From positions 320,001 through 384,000 of the forward strand of contig OY843592.1 in assembly GCA_963692865.2 (NCBI GenBank): a DNA stretch of 64,000 bases. Direction: 5' to 3'. Positions 58,564 to 64,000 of this stretch are shown one piece after another. The notes under the pieces were generated by a model. It was not told where the DNA came from. It worked only from the letters and a program-made list of their open reading frames with translations, and did no database searches. The first letter of the stretch is position 1, and each line of letters starts with the position of its first letter. The stretch is from a bacterium. Lineage in GTDB: Bacteria; UBA8248. The position numbers were made by a program, and so were the translations under genes.

Positions 58564-58700
58564 CTTGATCAGGTTAGATACCGGAATGACGAGCGAAACC
58601 CGCGCGCCGCTCGAACTTCACCGGCGGAGCGCAAACGTCTGCAGGCGCGCCCGCCGGACGCACAGGACGCCGATTTCTTAAATGCGCCGCAAGCGGAGCG

Positions 58701-59000
58701 CTAAGCCGGACGCCCGGTCGTCCAATCCCACTGACGCACCTGGGATTCGGCGAATAGGCCCGCTTTGGCGTAGGGGCTGTCGGCCAGGAAAGATCGCGCC
58801 GCCTCGATAGAGGGCGCTTCGATCGCCAGGAGAAGGCCGTCGACGTCCTCTCCGTTGTCGGCAATCGTCGGCCCGCCGTGATGATAGGTCACATCGGGAT
58901 GGCCGGGGTGACCGCGCAAATAGGCGGCGAAGGCGTCATACAGGTCACTGCGCGTTTGCGACATTCCGGGCTTGTGCGTGACGAAAACCGCAAAATACAT
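58701..59000 (-). CDS. YciI family protein
   Basis: 99 aa; GGPT..D.G...G.LL, A.S.E.AR.FLADSPYAKAGLF pattern; AGGAGG RBS. Confidence 0.82.
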   Translation of the reverse strand: MYFAVFVTHKPGMSQTRSDLYDAFAAYLRGHPGHPDVTYHHGGPTIADNGEDVDGLLLAIEAPSIEAARSFLADSPYAKAGLFAESQVRQWDWTTGRPA

Positions 59001-59047
59001 GGGTGTTCTCCTCCTGTGGGGTAGTAAGGTCGAGTTGCGTCGATCAG

Positions 59048-59103
59048 GATATTTCTTCACTCGTCATGCCGTCAAGATATTTCTTCACTCATCACTCCGT
59101 CAA
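59048..59103 (-). promoter_or_regulatory. Tandem 28-bp duplication, each unit resembling a sigma70 promoter for the YciI gene
   Basis: Minus strand: TTGACG-18-TATCTT overlapping TTGACG-18-TATCCT. Confidence 0.55.
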
Positions 59104-59181
59104 AAGGCCGCACGGGATGGCGTCTCTCCGCATCCGCGCCCCGGGAGCGCTCCGGTGCCGGGTTGAAGAAAACATGGCGAT

Positions 59182-60948
59182 TCACGACCTTTGGCCGGGA
59201 ACCGCCCCGGGCGGTTCCACGCGGACCGTCACGATATCCGTGCCGTGGTATTGCTGATGGCGGACCGAGGACGCGAGATGACGCAGCAGCCGGAGCGACA
59301 CTTCCCGTTCGATCAAATCTCCGGCGCTCGCCTCGCCGAGCAGCGCAATCCGGTCCTGAAGGTTCTCCTCGCCTTTCGAGGCGACGAACTCGAGGACCGC
59401 GCCGCCGTCCTCGCTGCGCGCGACGAGGAGCAGCCGACGCCGCTCGGGTTCTTCACCGGCCTCCTCCTGGTCCAGGAGCGTCAGCAGCGTCTCCTCGCCG
59501 GCGGCGTCCAGGCGGGCCGCCATGGCTTCACCCCAGCCGCTTCGCGACGCGAATGCGCCGATGAACTCCCGGATTTCGCCCAAGGCCGAAAGATCGCATT
59601 CCACCTCGATCCGGCTGGGCCGGGGTTTCGTCAGTTCCATGAGCGCGGTCATGGCGATGGCCGTGAGACCTCCGGCCATCATCCCGTTTTGCAGAAGGCC
59701 GCCCGCGAAGCCCGATACGTGCTCGGGGAAAATCGCGCCGTTCTGGAAGCCTACGCCGACCCAGAACGAGATTCCGGCGATCAGGCCGCCCCGATAGTCG
59801 AGCCCGCCCTGAAGGATCACCTTCGTGCCGATGATGAAGATTCCCGCCATCGTGATGGTGATGAACGCCGCGACGACCGGACCCGGTATGGCGAGCACCA
59901 CGGCGAGCGCTTTCGGAAGACACGCCAGGGTGATGAGCACCCCTCCGAGCGCGATTCCGACGTAGCGGGAACTGACCCCGGTGATCTCGATCATCGCCGC
60001 GCCGTTGGGACGCAGCGCGATCGGCATCGTACCCGCCAGACCGGTCAGCAGATGGCCCACCCCGTCCGCGGCGACCGCGCCCTGGACCGTCCGGAAATCC
60101 ACGGCCCGGGGTTCGGCCCAGGATACGTGCTGGTTCGCGACGGAGCCGCTGATGGTCTGAATCGTGCAGATCAGGGCGATGAACAAAAACGCCGGAAGCA
60201 GGGCCCAGAAGGCGGGCCCGAAATCGAGAACGAAACCCGGCCATTCGGCCCCCGGAACCCCGATCCACGAAGCCCGGGCGATGAGATCGACGTCGTAGAG
60301 GCCGAAGGCGCCCGAGACCGCCGAGCCGGCGACGATCCCGATGACCGGCGCCCACAGGCGCAGCGTCGCTCTCCCCTTCAGCACGATGCAGGCGACGACG
60401 AGCAGGGTCGTGGACGCGCACAGGGGAGCGGCCAGCGGCGGCGTCCCCTCCGGCACGTTCGTCAATTGTTCGAAGATGTGCGGCATCACCGTAACCGGCG
60501 TCAGCATGATGACCGTCCCGGTCACGGTCGGGGTCAGGATGCGGCGGAACAGGGAGAGTCGTGCGGAAAACGCGAACTGGCACAGAGCCAGGGTAAAGAC
60601 CATGGCGGCGAGCAGCGAGGGACCGCCCGCCTTGAGCGCGGCGATGCTGACGGCGATGGCGGCCCCGGCCGTTCCCATCGGATGGATATAGCCCGTGCCC
60701 AGGCGACCGACCCGCAGCGATTGCAGCATCGAGGTCAGGCCGCAGATCATGACCGAGGCGAACACGGCCCAGAGGACAACCGCCTCGGACTGGCCGGCCG
60801 CCCGGAACACGATCGTCGGAATCAGCACGATACCCGGCAGCACGAGGCCGACGAGTTGAATGGCGAGACCCAGTGTGAGCGGCGCGGGGATTTTTCCGTC
60901 GGGATGGAGGCGTTCTCCGGAGCGTTGGTCGGAATTGTCGGTCCCCAT
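59182..60948 (-). CDS. Xanthine/uracil (NCS2) permease-like protein with C-terminal HATPase_c/RsbW-like domain
   Basis: LTLGLAIQ, TPTVTGTVI, GAVAADG, ITGVSSR, IPGPV NCS2 motifs; soluble ~140-aa C-terminal extension. Confidence 0.8.
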   Translation of the reverse strand: MGTDNSDQRSGERLHPDGKIPAPLTLGLAIQLVGLVLPGIVLIPTIVFRAAGQSEAVVLWAVFASVMICGLTSMLQSLRVGRLGTGYIHPMGTAGAAIAVSIAALKAGGPSLLAAMVFTLALCQFAFSARLSLFRRILTPTVTGTVIMLTPVTVMPHIFEQLTNVPEGTPPLAAPLCASTTLLVVACIVLKGRATLRLWAPVIGIVAGSAVSGAFGLYDVDLIARASWIGVPGAEWPGFVLDFGPAFWALLPAFLFIALICTIQTISGSVANQHVSWAEPRAVDFRTVQGAVAADGVGHLLTGLAGTMPIALRPNGAAMIEITGVSSRYVGIALGGVLITLACLPKALAVVLAIPGPVVAAFITITMAGIFIIGTKVILQGGLDYRGGLIAGISFWVGVGFQNGAIFPEHVSGFAGGLLQNGMMAGGLTAIAMTALMELTKPRPSRIEVECDLSALGEIREFIGAFASRSGWGEAMAARLDAAGEETLLTLLDQEEAGEEPERRRLLLVARSEDGGAVLEFVASKGEENLQDRIALLGEASAGDLIEREVSLRLLRHLASSVRHQQYHGTDIVTVRVEPPGAVPGQRS

Positions 60949-61190
60949 GCCGTGGCCCCCAAGCCTGCGGTAATGTCCAGGGCGGCCGCCGCCCGCTTTG
61001 TGTCGAGGCATCCTCGCACACCCGTCCTTGGTTCTCAAGAAAAACCACCCCTCGGGACTGCCCAAAAACCCCTCGTCGGGGGGGCGTCCTTTTGCTTTCG
61101 CCGGAATGACGGGCGTAGGGGCGACCCCCTGTGGCCGCCTTTTTCGGACAGGCACAGGGGCCTGTCCCTACGGGTCAACCCGACTGAGGA

Positions 61191-61260
61191 TGGGTTGTTG
61201 AAAAAGGCCGCGCCGGTCGGGATTGACCCGCCTCGCGGCACCGGGCTTTTCAACTGCCCC
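61191..61260. mobile_element. Minimal (~70 bp) TIR-bounded element
   Basis: TGGGTTGTTGAAAAA ... TTTTCAACTGCCCC. Confidence 0.65.
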
Positions 61261-61307
61261 CTAAGCGGGGAGACCCCATAAAGGCAACCCCCCCTACCCC
61301 CCTTGTC

Positions 61308-61489
61308 GGGGCTGTTGAAAAAGTCCTGATGAACGAATGTTTCACCTGACCGGGGAGGAACGGTTTTTGTAGGGGCCGCATATCATGCGGCCCGCCTTGT
61401 GGAGGCGAAAATCAGGGTCGCATGATATGTCAGACATATATGTCTGACCTACAAACAAATTGTCTCTCTCCGGCTTTTTCAACAACCCC
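61308..61489. mobile_element. MITE-like element with TTGTC target duplication
   Basis: TTGTC[GGGGCTGTTGAAAAA ... TTTTTCAACAACCCC]TTGTC. Confidence 0.83.
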
Positions 61490-61601
61490 TTGTCAGGGGG
61501 TATAAAAAGGCGATACGCCTTGCCGAGTCAGGGGGGCGGTGAAAAAGGCGAGGTTCCCCCGCCGGATAGAGGGGGCTTTGCTTTTTCTTACCCCCTGACA
61601 A

Positions 61602-61803
61602 GGGCCTGTTGAAAAAGCCCGATGCGGCGCAATCCCCCTCCTCGTCCTGTGCAACCCACCGTTTCGCCTCACCCTGAGTAGCGGCGAAGCCGCGTATCGA
61701 AGGGCGAAATTAGCGCCCGCCGGAGAGATGCGCCCTCCATCCTTCGATACGCCGCCTCCGGCGGCTGCGCAGGATGAGGCAAAGGGGGTTTTTCAACAGC
61801 CCC
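61602..61803. mobile_element. MITE-like element with GACAA target duplication
   Basis: GACAA[GGGCCTGTTGAAAAA ... TTTTTCAACAGCCCC]GACAA; cargo is a CCTCA(C/T)CCTG REP doublet. Confidence 0.83.
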
Positions 61804-61936
61804 GACAAGGGGGGGTTGGTTTTCTCTCTTTGCCAGGGGGTAACGGGTAACAGCGATGACCTGCGCCAAGGGCTTTTTCAACAGTTCCCCCTCGTCAGGG
61901 ATGTTCCGGGGCGCCTCGAACCGGATCGAGGAAGCG

Positions 61937-63253
61937 CTAGAACAGACCCATGACCCAGAGGCAGGTTGCGGGCGCGAACAGGATGATCGCCAGGAGAACG
62001 AAGCCGCTCAGCAGGAACGGGACGATGCCTCGGAATGACTCGCCGAGCGGGATGCCCTCGGCCAGCGAGTTGATGACGTAGACGTTGAGGCCGATTGGCG
62101 GAGTGATCAGGCCGATCTCGACGACGATCAGGACCAGAATCCCGAACCAGATGGCGATCTCCTCCTCCGTATAGCCGAAGTCGAGTCCGGTCACCAACGG
62201 AAAGAAGACGGGCACCGTCAGCAGGATCATGGCCAGACTGTCCATCACGCAGCCGAGGATCAGGTAGACGAGCAGTATGCCGATCAGGATCGACATCGGC
62301 GCCAGTCCCGACGCCGCCAGCGCATCGGCCAGCTCGGTCGTGACCCGCGACAGCGCGAGGAAGCCGTTGAAGACCTCGGCGCTGATGAGGATGAGGAAGA
62401 TCATCGCGGTGGCTTGCGCGGTCTCGAGCAGACTCGATACGAAGGCCGCCCGGCTCAACCGGCCCGACGCAATCGCCGCCAGGGCGATAGCCGCAGCCCC
62501 GATGGCGGCGGCCTCGGTCGGGGTGAACACCCCGAAGTAGATCCCGCCGATGACCGACAGGAAGATGACCGCCACCGGCGTTACCGCGATCAGGCTGCGC
62601 AGGCGTTCCCTGAACGGCGCGGCCGGTATGACCGGACCCGCCTCGGGCTTCAGCCGGACGTACACGCCAATCGCGATCGAGTAGCCGAGCGTCGCGATGA
62701 TTCCCGGTACCAGCGCGGCCAGGAACAGCTTGCCGATGGACTGCTCCGTGATGACGCCGTAGATCACCAGGATCAGCGACGGCGGAATCAGGATGCCCAG
62801 CGTTCCGCCGGCGGCCAGCGTACCCGTAGCCAGCGCTCCGGAATAACCCGAGCGCCTCATCTCGGGCAGCGCCACCGTGGTCATCGTCGCTCCGGTCGCG
62901 ACCGAGGACCCGCAGATGGAGCCGAACGCGGCGCACCCGCAGATTGTCGAGATGGCCAGCCCGCCGCGGCGATGCCCCACCCAGGCGCGGGCCGAGTCGA
63001 ACAGGGATCGGCTGAGCCCGGACCGGGTCGCCAACTGGCCCATCAACAGGAACAACGGCACCACCGAAAGCGTGTAGCTCGATACCCTGCCGAACGGCGC
63101 CGTGTTCAGCAGGTTGAGGAACGCCGACCATCCCGCGATGGAGGCGAAGCCGAAGCCGCCGACCGCGAACATCGCCACCGCGACCGGCATCCTCAGAGCG
63201 ATCAGCGCCAGACAGACGCCGAACAGGAGCCCGCCGTACTCGATGTTCGTCAT
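61937..63253 (-). CDS. dctM: TRAP transporter large permease
   Basis: VPLFLLMG, GSSVAT, GTLGILIPPS, FTPTEAAA, GLITPPIGLN. Confidence 0.94.
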   Translation of the reverse strand: MTNIEYGGLLFGVCLALIALRMPVAVAMFAVGGFGFASIAGWSAFLNLLNTAPFGRVSSYTLSVVPLFLLMGQLATRSGLSRSLFDSARAWVGHRRGGLAISTICGCAAFGSICGSSVATGATMTTVALPEMRRSGYSGALATGTLAAGGTLGILIPPSLILVIYGVITEQSIGKLFLAALVPGIIATLGYSIAIGVYVRLKPEAGPVIPAAPFRERLRSLIAVTPVAVIFLSVIGGIYFGVFTPTEAAAIGAAAIALAAIASGRLSRAAFVSSLLETAQATAMIFLILISAEVFNGFLALSRVTTELADALAASGLAPMSILIGILLVYLILGCVMDSLAMILLTVPVFFPLVTGLDFGYTEEEIAIWFGILVLIVVEIGLITPPIGLNVYVINSLAEGIPLGESFRGIVPFLLSGFVLLAIILFAPATCLWVMGLF

Positions 63254-63810
63254 CGCCTGAGGGCATGCAGGCGGCGGCAGGCCACCAGAGCGCAGACCAC
63301 GGTCAGCAACACAGCGCCGAGCAGCGCAGGGAAGTACGCCCAGTGGAGCGGAATGGCGAGAAAGAGCGTCGTCTCGCCGTCAATGAACTTGCGCGCGCCG
63401 CCGACGGACAAGCGCCATGTGATCAAGCCGGCAACTATCGTGAAGGCGCAATTGTGCGCCGCCTCCAATGCCGCCTTGTGGCGCGGGCGCATTTTCTCGG
63501 TGAAGAACTCTACGACGATGTTGCCGTTCCTGGCGTGGCAATAGGGCAAGAAAGCGAACACCGCGACCCCGCAAGCGAGTTCGGTGATCTCGTAGTCGCC
63601 GGGTATCGGAGCGTTGAAGAGGTAGCGTCCGAATACGCTGATCACGGTCATGGCCATGACCCCGATCAGCAGCGCCCCTCCCGCAAGCGCGGCTCCGCGG
63701 CTCAGCCAATCCAGACCGGCTCCGGTGGTGTACTCCGATGAGGAGGGCGCCGGGCTGTGAGGCGTGGTTCCCGCCTCCTTGTCCGTTACCGGCTTACCGG
63801 CGCGGCTCAT
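63250..63810 (-). CDS. dctQ: TRAP transporter small permease
   Basis: Four TM segments, GRYLFNAPIPG.YE, NIVVEFF; exact start uncertain. Confidence 0.88.
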   Translation of the reverse strand: MSRAGKPVTDKEAGTTPHSPAPSSSEYTTGAGLDWLSRGAALAGGALLIGVMAMTVISVFGRYLFNAPIPGDYEITELACGVAVFAFLPYCHARNGNIVVEFFTEKMRPRHKAALEAAHNCAFTIVAGLITWRLSVGGARKFIDGETTLFLAIPLHWAYFPALLGAVLLTVVCALVACRRLHALRR

Positions 63811-64000
63811 TGCTGTACTTGGCGACCAGACGCCTGGCGTCGGCAAGCATGGCCTCCCCGTCATGCCCCATGGCTTTGACCTTTTGGACCCAGCTGTCGA
63901 TCACCGGACGGGTGGCCGCCCTCCAGCGCTCGCGCTCCGCTTCGGTGAGCGAAACGATCGAATGGCCCCGCTTCAGGGCGATCGCGCGGCCGGGCTTCTC
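63794..64000 (-). CDS. dctP: TRAP substrate-binding protein, C-terminal fragment (runs off window end)
   Basis: Manual translation EKPGRAIALKRGHSIVSLTEAERERWRAATRPVIDSWVQKVKAMGHDGEAMLADARRLVAKYSNEPRR*; upstream of dctQM. Confidence 0.8.
   Translation of the reverse strand, partial: EKPGRAIALKRGHSIVSLTEAERERWRAATRPVIDSWVQKVKAMGHDGEAMLADARRLVAKYSNEPRR

Noticed and set aside
60960-61930. Repeat clusters as CRISPR arrays or integron attC sites
   Set aside because: No regularly spaced direct repeats with unique spacers, no cas or intI gene; the repeats are inverted and nested.
63794-63864. Apparent dctP-dctQ fusion or frameshift suggested by the 204-aa ORF
   Set aside because: dctP reads cleanly to TAA at 63794, so the extension is simple overlap in another frame.

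Overview
High-GC bacterial chromosomal window dominated by catabolic and transport genes: sugar, iron/polyamine-type and branched-chain ABC components, TRAP and NCS2 transporters, acyl-CoA dehydrogenases, TPP enzymes, a LigAB-type dioxygenase, a Baeyer-Villiger monooxygenase and an amidase. It also holds a tRNA-Ser(GGA), a DEAD-box helicase and several small defence-like inserts (McrBC, HipA-like kinase plus HIRAN protein, a tandem GIY-YIG-like protein, an AAA+DUF4143 ATPase). Four features stand out. (1) A selenoprotein is split in the ORF track: an in-frame UGA in a UGGC motif with a perfect hairpin 11 nt downstream joins 8973-9269 to 7659-8906. (2) Intergenic DNA carries nested non-autonomous elements with ~15-bp TIRs (GGGGYTGTTGAAAAA) that insert repeatedly at TTGTC/GACAA in a REP-like hairpin and carry other REP doublets as cargo. 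(3) McrBC is bracketed by a 325-bp, almost purely synonymous duplicate of the amidase 3' end, with no integrase. (4) A stand-alone ~170-nt transcription unit has a 16-nt perfect complement to the 16S rRNA tail and a 12-codon ORF. All calls come from reading the sequence and motifs by eye; no searches were run.
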